The notes beneath the pieces were generated by a model. That model ran no database searches. It saw only the letters and a list, made by a program, of their open reading frames with translations, and was not told where the DNA came from. A program made the position numbers and the translations under genes. Of a DNA stretch of 64,000 nt, positions 40,499-51,570 are shown in pieces; the stretch's first letter is position 1, and each line of letters opens with the position of its first letter. This DNA is from a virus. Lineage: Duplodnaviria > Caudoviricetes. The stretch lies in the IMG/VR virus record IMGVR_UViG_3300048502_000104, positions 805 through 64,804 of that record. The stretch is one strand, 5' to 3'.

Positions 40499-43400
40499 GC
40501 GGGCACGGCACTCTGGGCGATGCTATTGCGCTGCGCGTTCAGCCGCGTGATCATCGCCCGCTTCTGCTCAGCTGAGAGAGACGTCGATTGCTCTACGCGA
40601 TGAATCTGTTTCGTGACGTCGGTCAGTTCCTTTTCGGCGCCCTGGATCCGGCCGCGCTGCGCGAGCAGCGACGTATTCTCTGCCGCCAGGCGCTGCGCGC
40701 GCGACCAGTCGCCAGTTTCTTGCGCACGTTTGATCGTCGCAAACGTCTCATCCACCTTCTTGCTCTGTTCGTAGAGAGCCTCCACGTAGCGCGAGTGGTC
40801 GCTCGGCTGATCGCGAAGGAACCCGCCCGACCAGGTATCGAGTTTCCAGCTGGGCGCCGGCCCCTTGTCATCGGGCCGCGCCACCGCGTCGAGCGCCGTG
40901 TTTACCAGCGAGCTGACCGACCCTGTGTACGCGCGCAGCATGTAGTCGACCTGCTTCGGCGACAGGGGCTCGTAGGTCGCCTGCACCAGGCTCGCCGGGT
41001 TCGGAAGCCCCAGCGACCCCAGGAAGCGCGCCGCCATCGAGGTGTTCTCGTCGTAGCGCTCGTTCGGGAGCAGACGCTGGTCGGTGCCGGTCTCTATCGG
41101 CCGCTGAGTGAACGGGTCCTTATTCTGGGCGACTGACAGGATCGGTTTGACGAGCTGCGGCGTGGGGTCGAAGCTGAAGGTGTTCAGCAACGTTTGCCCG
41201 ACGTTCGAGCCGAACCGCCGGCCGGTCATGTCCTTGTTGAACATCAGCTCCCAGGTGCGTTCGAACATGGTCGCCATCGCGCCGAGCTCGAACGGCTTCG
41301 GGATGTACATCGCCTGGTCGCCGACGCGCACCGCCCAGTAGGCGTCGCGGTCGAAGTCCTCGCGGCGCTTCCACCAGTCTTCATCCTGCTGGCTCAGCAT
41401 GAGCGCCAGCGATGCGAGCCCCATCGAGCCGACGATCGCGCCGACCTTGGCCGGTTCCTTCTGCCAGGTGCGCCCGAGCGCGTACAGCGACTGCATCCGG
41501 GCGTTCATAAACGGCACGGTCTGTGTCAGGAACCGCACGACCGGCCAGCGCCCGGATGCGGTGAAGTCCAGGAGGTCGCGCGCCATGAATGACGCCTCCT
41601 CGTGGCTCTTGCCTTTCTTGATCAGCTGGTCGTACAGCGCGGCCCGGTTCACGTTCTCGACGCGGTTGCCGAACTCGTGGTACACCTCCGCGATCTCACC
41701 GAGCTGGCGACCCCAGCGCTGCATCGTGGTCTCGTCGATCGTCGCCCCGCCGGCGCGCTTGATCATCGCGTTCACGCGGCTTCCGCGCTCTGTCGACCCG
41801 AACCGGATCTGGCCGCCGCCGGCCAGCAGCGAGGCGAAGATCTGCGATCGCGGGTCGGTGTTGCGCCAGCCTTGCGCCAGGTTCGAGATCGCGTTCGCCG
41901 AGATGTCGGACTGCGCGGTCGCGGCCAGCGTCTCCCGCAGCAGGGTGCGCACCTTGAACACCGGACTGACTGTCACGCCCCAGGTCAGCGCGCGCTTGGC
42001 CGCCCCGAACGCTTTCAGGTACGAGGGCGCGACGTAGTTGATGGCACCCATCGCCTCCGCGGCATGCGGGTCGTGGATCTGGTACCACTCGGCCTGGCCG
42101 TCGCGCATGATCTTGACCGCGCCGTTGCCCGGCTCCGAGCGCTCGGCGACGTCGGCCTTGACCATGTCGTCGATGCCGCGCACCGCGGCCCGGTTCTTGG
42201 CGCTCGCGTTGAGGACGTGGGCCCAGTTGCGCATCGTGTTGTCGAGCAGATCCCCGAGCTGGCCGGTGCCACCCGTCAGCTTCCGGTAGGCGTACTGGCT
42301 GAACAGCCCGCTCGGCAAGCCGGCGGCGATCGTCTTGCCGTCGTCTTCCATCACCCGGTAGAATGGCACGTAGGGGGCGTCGCGCATCTTGGCGAGCGCG
42401 CCCTCGCTCAGCAGCCCGGACTGGCGCGCGATGTCGAGCATCGCGTTGTTGTAGTCGGTGTACTCTTTCAGCACCTTGCCGTAGACCTCGGCGCGCGAGG
42501 TCACCCCGTCGTCGCGCAGCGTTCCCTGGTTCAGGCGCTGGAGCGCTTCGATGTCTTTGCCGTCGAGCAGATTCTCCAGCCCCATCGACTTCAGGAGCGC
42601 GGCACGCTGGCCGGCGACCCACCACAGGAACTGTTGGTGCTCGCCCTTGAGCTGTGCGAGGGTGTTGGCGAAGCCGTGGGTGGGGTCATTGATGTCGACG
42701 TCGACGGCGCCGTCGCGCAGGAACGGCTTGCCGAACATGATGGCCGCCTCGAGCGATCCCTCGGAGCCCTTGGCCAGGCGCGCCCAGCGGTAGGCGGTCG
42801 GGGACCAGTCGCGCAGCGCGCGGAACTCGTCGACCAGGCCCTGTGTTGCGCGCATCTTCCAGTCGGCGCGCAGCTTGCCCAGCTTCTGGCCCCAGGTCTC
42901 GCCTGGGCGGAAGGCGCCCGCTTTCTCGAGGGCGGCTTCCTGGTCCGGGTCTAGCTTTCCGAACTGGGTCCGGGCGACCGACTCCTGGACGTGCGGCTCG
43001 TCGGCGTCTACCCCGTCAGGGACAGATTCGGCAGCCCGATCCCGATCGGCGGATCCGAACTGAGTGGCGTGATCGTAGGCGCTGCGGAACTCGACGGTAC
43101 GCCTGGCAACTTGACGGACGCGCTCTGGGATGTCTCCCCGAGCGATGTCGCGGTAGCCGGCGGCGTGAGCGAGCGCGGTTTTGAAGAAAGCGTATGCGTC
43201 CGGTTCTTCACGATATAGCTCCTTGCGCATGGTTGCACTGCGCATGATAACCGCGCCCTGCGCGAAAAGTTCCTCGCGGGCGCTGGCGACGTCCATATTT
43301 TTTGCAACGACCGGGCTGAGCGGGTACTTCAGGATCTCGGCGCCGTAGGGGTTGGTGCGGTAGAACCGATCCAGGGCCTTGGCCACCCTGCCGATCGGCA

Positions 43401-46400
43401 CGAACTGAGGAAGCGTACCTTCCGCGCTCTTGTCGACGAACAGGTCCGGGTGGGAGCTGTAGATGCTGCCGTTGCCAGCGTGGTCCATGACGTGGGCCAT
43501 CTCGTGGTAGATGGTTCGGGCCGCGGTCACCTCGTGGTCTTCGTCCATCAACCGCTTGAACATCTTCCACATGAAGATGTGCGGCTCGCCGGCGCCGTTG
43601 ACGGTGTAGGTCGCGGCCGTGTCGCCCAAATTCTCGTGCGTGCCGTCGTAGAACTTCGACGCCCGGTGCGTCCAGCCCAGCCCTTCCTGATCGAGTGCCT
43701 CGCGCGCCGCGCCGATCGCTGGGTGGCTGCGCATCTCCTCTTCCGACAACGGCAGCTTCTGGCGCACGATGTCGTTCATCACCTGGTTCTTCGTCCGCGG
43801 GGCGCTGTAACTGAGATCTCCAGGTTCTTCGAACTGCTGGCGCAGCGCGCGCGATTGCTCGTAGGAGATAGGCAGCATCTTGCCGCTCAGGAAGCCGCGC
43901 TGCCCTTGCATCAGCCCGCCGAAGTCCTGTGGGTGAAAGTAGCGCTCGGCGTCGATCGGCGAGCGGGGCTGTCCGCCCCGCTGATCCCGGATGACAACTG
44001 GCACGCGGTCCACGCCGGCGTCGGCCAGTGCCTGCATGCGGTGACGCCCTTCATGCCCGACGATCTGCATACCTTCCGGCGTATCGCGAACATGCAGGAA
44101 CGGTGTCTGCGACTGGTTGCGCAGCCGTTCCGCATCGAGCGGGCCCGCCTCCTCGCGCAGCGCTTCCCGATATTCAGCCGGGGTGGTGGCGCGAACAAAG
44201 TCTTTCGGCCGTACCATCATGGCGTACGCCTTCGACTTTTTCGGGTCGTTAGGGTACGCGTGCTCGCTGATCAACCGGTCGACCCGGTCCTTTGTCCAGC
44301 GCGCTTCGATCGGCCCGTCGAACCGGTTGCGCGGCAGGCTGAAATCCGGCAGGTCGCTGTCGTCGGACGGCTCCTCCGGCACGTCGCCGCGCCGTACCGC
44401 GGCCATGCGCTCGGCGGCGCGCTGGGTCAGCTGCTCTTGAGTTTCTGGAGCAAACGGCGCTGCTTCTCGACCAGCGACGGATCCTTCTGCCGCTGCGCGC
44501 GCATTATCTCCGCGATCTTGGAGACCGTTGAGTCGGTCTCCGAGTCCGATGGCCTCGAGTCGTTTGGTGACGGCGGGCTCCCCGAGGAGGGTTGCGAAAT
44601 CGGGCGTGGCTTTGAGAAGCTCATCGGTAAGCGCTCCCTGGCGTAGCAATTCGTCCGGCGGGGTTTTGGTCTTGTCGGCCAGCTCGATGAGGGTCTTGAC
44701 CCACGACCAGCTGGTCTCTTGCACTTCGCGTGGCGTCCACTCGTCGCCGGTCAACTCGCGCAGCCGCTCGGCGGCGAGCCGCGTCCACGCGCTCATCGCC
44801 AGGTAGCCGGGCGATTTGATCTTCATCTCGCCGAACTGGTCGAAGTCGGCGCGGCCGGTGCCCTCCGGGAACGTCGGGCTCACGCCGGCGAGTGTGGCCT
44901 GCCAGGTGTCGTTCGTCACTTCGTTGACGTGGTCCATCAGGTTCTGATAGAACGAGTGGACCTTCGGGCCACCGAGGAACGTCGAGTTGGCGTCCTCGGC
45001 CGACAGCGCCCGCATCGCGTTAAGTCGGAAGGCGTCGCCCAGGTTTCCGACGATCGCCAGCATCCCGTCGCGATCCGTGGGGCGGCCGGCCTTGGTCCAC
45101 TTGCCCCAGATGTCGATCGCGCGGCGCAGGTTTTCGTCGACCGGTGTGCGCGGCGACAGCGACGCTAGGAGTGCCGTGAAGCGCGGCGCGTCCGCGCCCC
45201 AGATGTGCCCGATAGTCCGCGCGGCGTCGCGGTACCAGCCGCGCTTGGCGCGCCCGGCCCATGCCGCGGCGGCGAGCTCGTCGACCGGCGGCAGCTGCGC
45301 GAACTTGTCGACCAGCCGCTTGCCGATCGTGCGCGTCAGCCGATCCATCTCTGGTTCGGTCAGACCGCGAGCGATGCGCTCCAGGTCTTTCTGGGCGTCC
45401 TGACTTTCCAGGGTGGGCAGCTCGCCGCGCTCGCGATCGCGCCGGCGGCCGGCACTTTCCTTAACTTCTGGCGGCAGGTCCACGCGCGGTGGGCGCGGCC
45501 CTTCGCCGACGTGCTTGATCGGCACGGAGCGCCGGTCGAGCAGCACGGCGCTACCCTCGCGCTCGCCTTGGTGGCGGACGTGGTAGCCGTCGTAGCCGTG
45601 GTCGAGCACCTGCGACTCGAAGCGGTTCATGCCGGCGCCAGGCGGCTCCCCGGGCCGGTCGCTTGCGTCGAAGCCTTCCGGGTTGCGGTTGGCGTCGTAC
45701 AAGCCTTCCAGGCGCGCCTCGTGGGCGTGGCGGCCCGACCCGGCGGTGGGCAGGACGCCCGCGCCCTTGTTGACCTTGAAGTAGATCCGGTGGCGCAGGC
45801 GGTCGTCGTTGGTGAACCTTAGCCGGCCCTGGTCGGCGGCGCGAAGTCCGGCTCCGTAGTATTCGGAGTAGGCGGCGCGTCGCGGCTCGGGGGCGAAGTG
45901 GGTGCCGGTGAGGGTGTCCCCTTCGAACTGTTCACCACGCTCGTATCGAGATGGTCCTGCAGTCTCAGGTTCGCGTTCATTGACGGCGCGTGCCCGTGAA
46001 AGCCGCGCGCCTTCGGTTTCGTTGGCCCGTGCATCGTCTACTCCTGTTCCCCGAACTTCGGCTGGTGCGCCGGCAGCACCTTGTCGCTCGGCTTCAGCGG
46101 TGCCGCGATCCGGGGCGGACGCGCCGACCTCGGAGGCAACCATACGGGACGCTTCATCCCTAAGAACATCCGCGAGCCCCCCGGCTTGTACTGAGGCATC
46201 TGCTTCTCCTGATGGGAAGGCACCGTGCACCGGCCGGTGGTCTACCTCGAGCCCGGTGGCGTCACGGATCCGTTGCTTGGCATCCTCCGTGGGCACCCCG
46301 GTCCATTCCCCTGAGTGGAGGATGTTCATCTCGTTCGAGCCCTCGACCGTCGAGTGGCCCAGGAACAGCGGTTCGCCGTCGTCCTTCTTGATCGAGTGCA

Positions 46401-49400
46401 CCTGATCGTACACTTTCTGCAACTCGTCAAACGATAGCGGACCGGGCAAATGCACCCGCAACTCGTCCATCGGGTCGCTGCCCTCGAACGGGTGGTCGGC
46501 CAGCAGGCCCACCGCCTCCTGCTTGAAGACGTGCCCGATCAGCTTCGCGGCCCTTGGCAAGTCCGCGGGATCTTCGACCTTCAGCACGTAACTGCGGTTT
46601 TGATCGCCCTTCCACCCACCGATCTGCGACTCGATCGAGCCCTTGATCCCGGCCGCGCGCAGGATTTTCGGCACCATCGCGCGGGCGACCTTGTCCGAAA
46701 TCTGTGCACGTTTTGCCGCCGGCAACGAGTTCCACCGTGCCGCTGTCTCGGTATCCCGTGGATCGGGTGCGACCTCGAAGTTGCCGGTCGCCTGGCGCGC
46801 AGAGCTCGACTGCGCAGCGCGCCGCGCCGCCCCGGCCTCCTCGCGCATCCGCCGGCCCTCGGCAGCCGACTGCTGCTCGGGCGACGGCTCCTTGGGTGGC
46901 GCGGTCGCTTCGGGCTTTTGCACCCGGGCGAGCGGCACCCGCGCGGCCTCGTGCGCACCCTTCAGCCGGGCGAGTTCCATCTCGCGCGCGGCCATCTGGC
47001 GCGACACGCCGTAGCGCGCCAGCATCTCGACGGCAGCGCTTTCGATCCGCTTGACGTCGGAAACGAACTTGTCGGATTCGAACCCCTCGCCGCCCACCGC
47101 CTTCAGGATCGAGCGCACCGCGCGCGTGACCAGGGCGCCGAACTTCATCACGAGCGACGTGCGATCCGCGCCCCCGGCGGCCATGCGGGCGGCGACCTTC
47201 GACATGAACTCGGGGTCCATCATCCTGTTGCCCAGCATGTCGGCGGAGATCTCCTCCGCGTGGCCGGCGCCGACCTTGCCGGGCTCACCCTGGGCGGTGA
47301 ACTTCTCGTTGCCGTAGTACCGCTTGAACGCTTCGGCGCCCTCGGGGGTCAGCTCCGACAGCACGGTCTGCCGGAACGCTTCGGCGGCCTCCGGCATGTT
47401 GTGCGCGATGGCATGGAAGAGCTCGTGGCCGAAGATAGCGAGCGCCCCCTCCTTGCCGTTCACGTTGATGTAGACCCGGTCCGGGGTACGTGGGTCGAAG
47501 AACCCCCCTTCCTTGTTGGGGTCCCCGTCGTAGTGCACGACCTGGTGGCCGAAAACGCGCGAGATCGCGGCCGACAGGCGCGCCAGCTTCCCGACCTTGG
47601 GGTCGGTGTCGGCCAGCACGGTGCCTTCGATGCGCTCGCCGTTCGGCTTCGGGATGTTCATCTTCTCGCCGGCGCGTGGCGCCGAGAACAGCGTTCCCTG
47701 ATCTGGCGCAGGTCCCTTGGGCTTGGCCGGCCCTTTCATCTTCGGCGCCGGCGGCGTGCCGCCCGACCCGCCTTGCAGGTCCAGCTGCTGCTGGCCGGGG
47801 GCCGGGATCGAGCTCGTGCCGTTGTCGAAGTCCAGCCGGCCCTGCTGGCCGATGCCCGGGCCGACCTTGCGCGGCGGCCCCTTCATCTTGGGCGCCGGGG
47901 GAGTTCCGCCCGCGCCACCCTCCAAATCGAGCGTTCGCTGGCCGCCGACAGGTGTTAGCATCCCTCCGGGCCGCGGTGAGGTGGTCGGGCCGCCTCCAGC
48001 GGAACCTGCCGGCAGCGCCAACTCCGGCGCCACCTCCCGCAGCCCACCCTCCGCCGGCGCGCCGGCGCGGCCAGGCCGGCCCGGGCTGACCGGCTCGAGC
48101 GCGTGCGGCGTGATCGAGTCGTAGTTGCGCGGCAACCCCATCGCCTGCAGGTGCGCGGCCTCCTCGGGCAGGGCTACCCCGCCGCGCTCGTCGATGCGGC
48201 GCTGGTACAGATCCGCGAGGATCCGCGCGGCCTCGGGCGAGAACGAGCCCGGGCGCGGCGGCGCACCCGGCTGCGGGGCCAGGGTGAGGTCCGGGCGGAT
48301 GTTTGCCGGCGGCGTCTTCGGCCCCGGCCAGGGCGACGTGCCCGAGCTCGGCCCGTTGGCGAGACGTTCCTGGTCCGCGGCGCGCGCGGCCTGTGCTTCC
48401 TCCGACTCCCGCATTGCTTCGCCGGTCGCGGCCGCCTGACGTACGCCGGCGAGCGCTTCCGCCGACTCGGCCGGTGGGCCGCCAGGCGACGGCAGGAGTG
48501 GCGTGCCCGGCAGCTGCGCGCCCTCGACCTGGCCTTCGAACGGCAGGCCGGTGGCCTGGTCGCGCGCGTGGTAGCCGATCGCCGGGGGCGCAGGTTTGAG
48601 CAGCTCGTCGACCGAGGCGACGACGTTGCCCAGGTCCGCGTCAGCGTTCCGGGATGCTTCGAGTGCCGCCTGGGCGGCGTCGTGCGCGCTGCCGGCGGCG
48701 AAGATCTTGGCCAGATCACCCTGCTTGCGCACCGCCTCCGGCACGCCAGGTTTCTTGATGCCGGCGGCCGCGCCCGCGACACCCCCCACCACCGCACCCG
48801 ATGCGACGGCGTTGCGATACGCCGAGTCGGCCTCGTCGCCGGTCAGATCCTGCCCCGCACCCCAGCGCGTCGCCGCCGTCTGGGTGAGCATGTCCGCGCC
48901 CTGGGTTGCCGCACCCAGCGCCGCATTGCCCGCGACACGCCCCACCCTGCCGAACCCAGACAGCGCCTCGGCCCCGCCCTGCTTGATGAAGTGGCCGCCC
49001 AGCTTGTCGGTGATCGACTGGGCCACCGCCGCCATCGTTCCGCCGACTCCGACCTGCAGCAGGCGGTCCCCCTCGAGCCCTTCGCCGGCCTGGGGATTCG
49101 CCGCCTGGTACGTCGCACCGATCATCGTCGGCACGTTGAATCCGGCGGTGCCGGCCACCTGGCCCATCTGGATGATCTGGGCGTACGCCCGCTGCACGGC
49201 CTGCTTCTGGATCTCGGCCTGGGCGCCGGCGTTCACGGCCCCGTTGACGGCGGCTTCGGCGGTGAGTTTTTCGGCCTGGTTGGCCACGAGGCCGGCCGCG
49301 ACACGGTCGATCGCGCCGCGGACGAGTGACCCATCCGCCGCCCCGGCGACCGCGCCCGCAATCCCTCCGGCCCCGCCCGTGACCGCGGAGGCGGCGAGTC

Positions 49401-50418
49401 CCCCGATGAGTCCGGCCGCCAGCTGCTGACCGATGACGGCCCCGGCCTGCCCGACGTTGTAGGCCAGGAAGTGGGCGAACGCCCCGAAGTCGCCATCCTT
49501 CTGGATCGCGTCGACCATGCCATCGTACGTATCGGAAGGCTTGGCGTTCTTTTGTTCTTCGGCCTGCGACTTCTGGTACCAGCCAATTGCCGTGTCGCGG
49601 AGCTTCGCGGCGATCGGGTTGCCGCCCACGGCCTTGTCGGCCACGTCGGCCATCCAGGCGAGCGCGCCCGCCGACATCGACTTGGTGCCGCGGATCGTGT
49701 CGCCGAAGCCGCGCGCGAGAGTTCCGCCGATCGACTCCGGCGGAGGCGGCGGGGGGACGATGTTCGCGTTGTACTCGTCGAACGCCGCCTTGGTGCGCGG
49801 GTCCATCCCACTGCCGTCGTCGGGCTGATCGGACGCACCCATCGCGGAGTTGACGTCCGCAGCACCCTGCGCTTGGTAGCCGGCCATCAGGTCCGGGCGC
49901 TGCGCGGTGGCGAGCACCGAGTGCGCGAACCCGGCCGGCGTCGAGCCCATCGCGTCCGAGATGTCACCGCGAATCGAGCCGTCCTGCGCGATGGCGTTCG
50001 GGCCACCCAGGTGCTCGGCCAGGGCGTGCGGGTAGCTGCCGTCGTGCTTGTCGAGCGCGATCTTGAAATTCTTCATCCCCAGGTCGGCAAGATCCTGGGG
50101 CGTCATCTTGTTGACGTCGTAGCCGTAGCCGGCGGCGGTTGCCGGCATCACCTGGAACAGGCCGCGGGCGCGCTCGCCGCTCTTGGTCGGCACACCGATC
50201 GCGTTGGGGTTGAAGCCCGACTCGTGCTTCGCCAGGGCGATCGCGACCTGCGGGTCGACGCCGTACTTCAGCGCCGAGCGCGCCGCCATCAGCGCGCCAG
50301 GCGGCAGGTCGCTCAGGTCCGGGCGTCCCTCGCGCGGGGCCGGCGCAGGCGGCGCACTCCCGTCCTCCTGCGCAGGTGGGGGCGCTACCAGGTCGGGGCT
50401 GTCGGCGTCGTCGGCCAT
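40492..50418 (-). CDS. Giant polyvalent internal virion/ejection protein (3308 aa)
   Basis: N-terminal SLT transglycosylase (HESGFNP...ARGLFQVMPATA), two HExxH motifs, ART-like, HhH-glycosylase-like and ParB-like segments, LPD38-like C-terminus (YIPKPFELG). Confidence 0.85.
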   Translation of the reverse strand: MADDADSPDLVAPPPAQEDGSAPPAPAPREGRPDLSDLPPGALMAARSALKYGVDPQVAIALAKHESGFNPNAIGVPTKSGERARGLFQVMPATAAGYGYDVNKMTPQDLADLGMKNFKIALDKHDGSYPHALAEHLGGPNAIAQDGSIRGDISDAMGSTPAGFAHSVLATAQRPDLMAGYQAQGAADVNSAMGASDQPDDGSGMDPRTKAAFDEYNANIVPPPPPPESIGGTLARGFGDTIRGTKSMSAGALAWMADVADKAVGGNPIAAKLRDTAIGWYQKSQAEEQKNAKPSDTYDGMVDAIQKDGDFGAFAHFLAYNVGQAGAVIGQQLAAGLIGGLAASAVTGGAGGIAGAVAGAADGSLVRGAIDRVAAGLVANQAEKLTAEAAVNGAVNAGAQAEIQKQAVQRAYAQIIQMGQVAGTAGFNVPTMIGATYQAANPQAGEGLEGDRLLQVGVGGTMAAVAQSITDKLGGHFIKQGGAEALSGFGRVGRVAGNAALGAATQGADMLTQTAATRWGAGQDLTGDEADSAYRNAVASGAVVGGVAGAAAGIKKPGVPEAVRKQGDLAKIFAAGSAHDAAQAALEASRNADADLGNVVASVDELLKPAPPAIGYHARDQATGLPFEGQVEGAQLPGTPLLPSPGGPPAESAEALAGVRQAAATGEAMRESEEAQAARAADQERLANGPSSGTSPWPGPKTPPANIRPDLTLAPQPGAPPRPGSFSPEAARILADLYQRRIDERGGVALPEEAAHLQAMGLPRNYDSITPHALEPVSPGRPGRAGAPAEGGLREVAPELALPAGSAGGGPTTSPRPGGMLTPVGGQRTLDLEGGAGGTPPAPKMKGPPRKVGPGIGQQGRLDFDNGTSSIPAPGQQQLDLQGGSGGTPPAPKMKGPAKPKGPAPDQGTLFSAPRAGEKMNIPKPNGERIEGTVLADTDPKVGKLARLSAAISRVFGHQVVHYDGDPNKEGGFFDPRTPDRVYINVNGKEGALAIFGHELFHAIAHNMPEAAEAFRQTVLSELTPEGAEAFKRYYGNEKFTAQGEPGKVGAGHAEEISADMLGNRMMDPEFMSKVAARMAAGGADRTSLVMKFGALVTRAVRSILKAVGGEGFESDKFVSDVKRIESAAVEMLARYGVSRQMAAREMELARLKGAHEAARVPLARVQKPEATAPPKEPSPEQQSAAEGRRMREEAGAARRAAQSSSARQATGNFEVAPDPRDTETAARWNSLPAAKRAQISDKVARAMVPKILRAAGIKGSIESQIGGWKGDQNRSYVLKVEDPADLPRAAKLIGHVFKQEAVGLLADHPFEGSDPMDELRVHLPGPLSFDELQKVYDQVHSIKKDDGEPLFLGHSTVEGSNEMNILHSGEWTGVPTEDAKQRIRDATGLEVDHRPVHGAFPSGEADASVQAGGLADVLRDEASRMVASEVGASAPDRGTAEAERQGAAGAPAEVRGTGVDDARANETEGARLSRARAVNEREPETAGPSRYERGEQFEGDTLTGTHFAPEPRRAAYSEYYGAGLRAADQGRLRFTNDDRLRHRIYFKVNKGAGVLPTAGSGRHAHEARLEGLYDANRNPEGFDASDRPGEPPGAGMNRFESQVLDHGYDGYHVRHQGEREGSAVLLDRRSVPIKHVGEGPRPPRVDLPPEVKESAGRRRDRERGELPTLESQDAQKDLERIARGLTEPEMDRLTRTIGKRLVDKFAQLPPVDELAAAAWAGRAKRGWYRDAARTIGHIWGADAPRFTALLASLSPRTPVDENLRRAIDIWGKWTKAGRPTDRDGMLAIVGNLGDAFRLNAMRALSAEDANSTFLGGPKVHSFYQNLMDHVNEVTNDTWQATLAGVSPTFPEGTGRADFDQFGEMKIKSPGYLAMSAWTRLAAERLRELTGDEWTPREVQETSWSWVKTLIELADKTKTPPDELLRQGALTDELLKATPDFATLLGEPAVTKRLEAIGLGDRLNGLQDRGDNARAAAEGSVAGREAAPFAPETQEQLTQRAAERMAAVRRGDVPEEPSDDSDLPDFSLPRNRFDGPIEARWTKDRVDRLISEHAYPNDPKKSKAYAMMVRPKDFVRATTPAEYREALREEAGPLDAERLRNQSQTPFLHVRDTPEGMQIVGHEGRHRMQALADAGVDRVPVVIRDQRGGQPRSPIDAERYFHPQDFGGLMQGQRGFLSGKMLPISYEQSRALRQQFEEPGDLSYSAPRTKNQVMNDIVRQKLPLSEEEMRSHPAIGAAREALDQEGLGWTHRASKFYDGTHENLGDTAATYTVNGAGEPHIFMWKMFKRLMDEDHEVTAARTIYHEMAHVMDHAGNGSIYSSHPDLFVDKSAEGTLPQFVPIGRVAKALDRFYRTNPYGAEILKYPLSPVVAKNMDVASAREELFAQGAVIMRSATMRKELYREEPDAYAFFKTALAHAAGYRDIARGDIPERVRQVARRTVEFRSAYDHATQFGSADRDRAAESVPDGVDADEPHVQESVARTQFGKLDPDQEAALEKAGAFRPGETWGQKLGKLRADWKMRATQGLVDEFRALRDWSPTAYRWARLAKGSEGSLEAAIMFGKPFLRDGAVDVDINDPTHGFANTLAQLKGEHQQFLWWVAGQRAALLKSMGLENLLDGKDIEALQRLNQGTLRDDGVTSRAEVYGKVLKEYTDYNNAMLDIARQSGLLSEGALAKMRDAPYVPFYRVMEDDGKTIAAGLPSGLFSQYAYRKLTGGTGQLGDLLDNTMRNWAHVLNASAKNRAAVRGIDDMVKADVAERSEPGNGAVKIMRDGQAEWYQIHDPHAAEAMGAINYVAPSYLKAFGAAKRALTWGVTVSPVFKVRTLLRETLAATAQSDISANAISNLAQGWRNTDPRSQIFASLLAGGGQIRFGSTERGSRVNAMIKRAGGATIDETTMQRWGRQLGEIAEVYHEFGNRVENVNRAALYDQLIKKGKSHEEASFMARDLLDFTASGRWPVVRFLTQTVPFMNARMQSLYALGRTWQKEPAKVGAIVGSMGLASLALMLSQQDEDWWKRREDFDRDAYWAVRVGDQAMYIPKPFELGAMATMFERTWELMFNKDMTGRRFGSNVGQTLLNTFSFDPTPQLVKPILSVAQNKDPFTQRPIETGTDQRLLPNERYDENTSMAARFLGSLGLPNPASLVQATYEPLSPKQVDYMLRAYTGSVSSLVNTALDAVARPDDKGPAPSWKLDTWSGGFLRDQPSDHSRYVEALYEQSKKVDETFATIKRAQETGDWSRAQRLAAENTSLLAQRGRIQGAEKELTDVTKQIHRVEQSTSLSAEQKRAMITRLNAQRNSIAQSAVPAQ

Positions 50419-51567
50419 CTACTGACCGATCTGCGAGGACTGCTGCAGGTCTTCGGGCGACTGGCCCATCGACGGGTCGTAGTTCGAGGAGTTGCCCGGA
50501 GCGCTGAGGATCCCCGGCAGCCCGATGCGCAGTGGCGCCGTCGGCGCGTCAGCGGCACTCGGCGCCTCGTTGGAGGCTTCGCGCACCCCGGCTTGCAGCA
50601 GGCCACCCGGCTGGGGCACCACATACCGCCCCGGGTCCGGCCCCGCACCCCGCTTGCCGCGTGCGTCGATCGGCGACTTGAACGTCTTGACGATGCCCGC
50701 CACCCCACCGTTCAGTGCATTCTGGTAGGCGGTGACGAACTTCGGATCGCTCGGATCGCTCGTTCCGGCCAGCACGGCCGCGCTGGATAGCGCCTGCTGC
50801 TTCATGCCGCGCGTGAGTTGGTACAACTCGGCCTGCAATCCCGCGGTGTCGGTGACGCCGGTCGCCGGGTCGTGGTACTTGGCCATGCGCAGCTGGTTGC
50901 CCAGGTCGCCCACCGCCGTGCGGTACATCACATCCGGCGCGTCCTTGCCGTTGCTGTCCTTGCCGAAGGTCTGGCCGGCGGTCATCTTGTCGAGTGCCGC
51001 CTCGACGATCTGGTTGCCCTTCTGCGCGTTCAGCTCGCGCTGCTCTGGTGTGACGCGCGCGCCGCCGCGTGCGGCCGCGATAGCGAGTTTGTCCGCCGTG
51101 TAGTCCTTGACCGGGGTGACCACACCGCTCGCGGGCTTGAAGGTGTACGCCCCGTAGGCGTTCTGATGGAACTGGGTATTGCTGCCGTACAGGTCGGCCA
51201 TACCCTTCGTCACCTCGGGGGCCAGCCCGGCTTTCGCGCCGGCGCTCTGGACTGCCTCGACACGCCCTTCCAGCCACGCCGCGCGCGCCTTCTCGGCCGC
51301 TTCGTCGCCCATACCAGTCGTATCCGGCGCCGGACCGTAGTCGTCGGCCGCCTTCTGGAAGATGCCGCCCACGCGCTGCTGCTCCTGGTGCATCATGTTC
51401 ATCTTGTTCTCGGAGATGCGCGCGTCGGCCTGCACCTGCAGATCGGAGAGCTGCTGGTTCAGGTACTGCTGCTGCTGGAACTTCATCTCCGAGTCGGCGG
51501 CCTGCGCGGCGCCCTGCGCGCCACCCTCGAGCAGCCCACCACCCAGTGCGGCGAAGATGTTCGGCAT
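50419..51567 (-). CDS. Internal virion (ejection) protein
   Basis: 382 aa, Gly/Ala-rich N-terminus followed by Gln-rich helix; directly upstream of giant gene. Confidence 0.65.
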   Translation of the reverse strand: MPNIFAALGGGLLEGGAQGAAQAADSEMKFQQQQYLNQQLSDLQVQADARISENKMNMMHQEQQRVGGIFQKAADDYGPAPDTTGMGDEAAEKARAAWLEGRVEAVQSAGAKAGLAPEVTKGMADLYGSNTQFHQNAYGAYTFKPASGVVTPVKDYTADKLAIAAARGGARVTPEQRELNAQKGNQIVEAALDKMTAGQTFGKDSNGKDAPDVMYRTAVGDLGNQLRMAKYHDPATGVTDTAGLQAELYQLTRGMKQQALSSAAVLAGTSDPSDPKFVTAYQNALNGGVAGIVKTFKSPIDARGKRGAGPDPGRYVVPQPGGLLQAGVREASNEAPSAADAPTAPLRIGLPGILSAPGNSSNYDPSMGQSPEDLQQSSQIGQ

Positions 51568-51570
51568 GGC

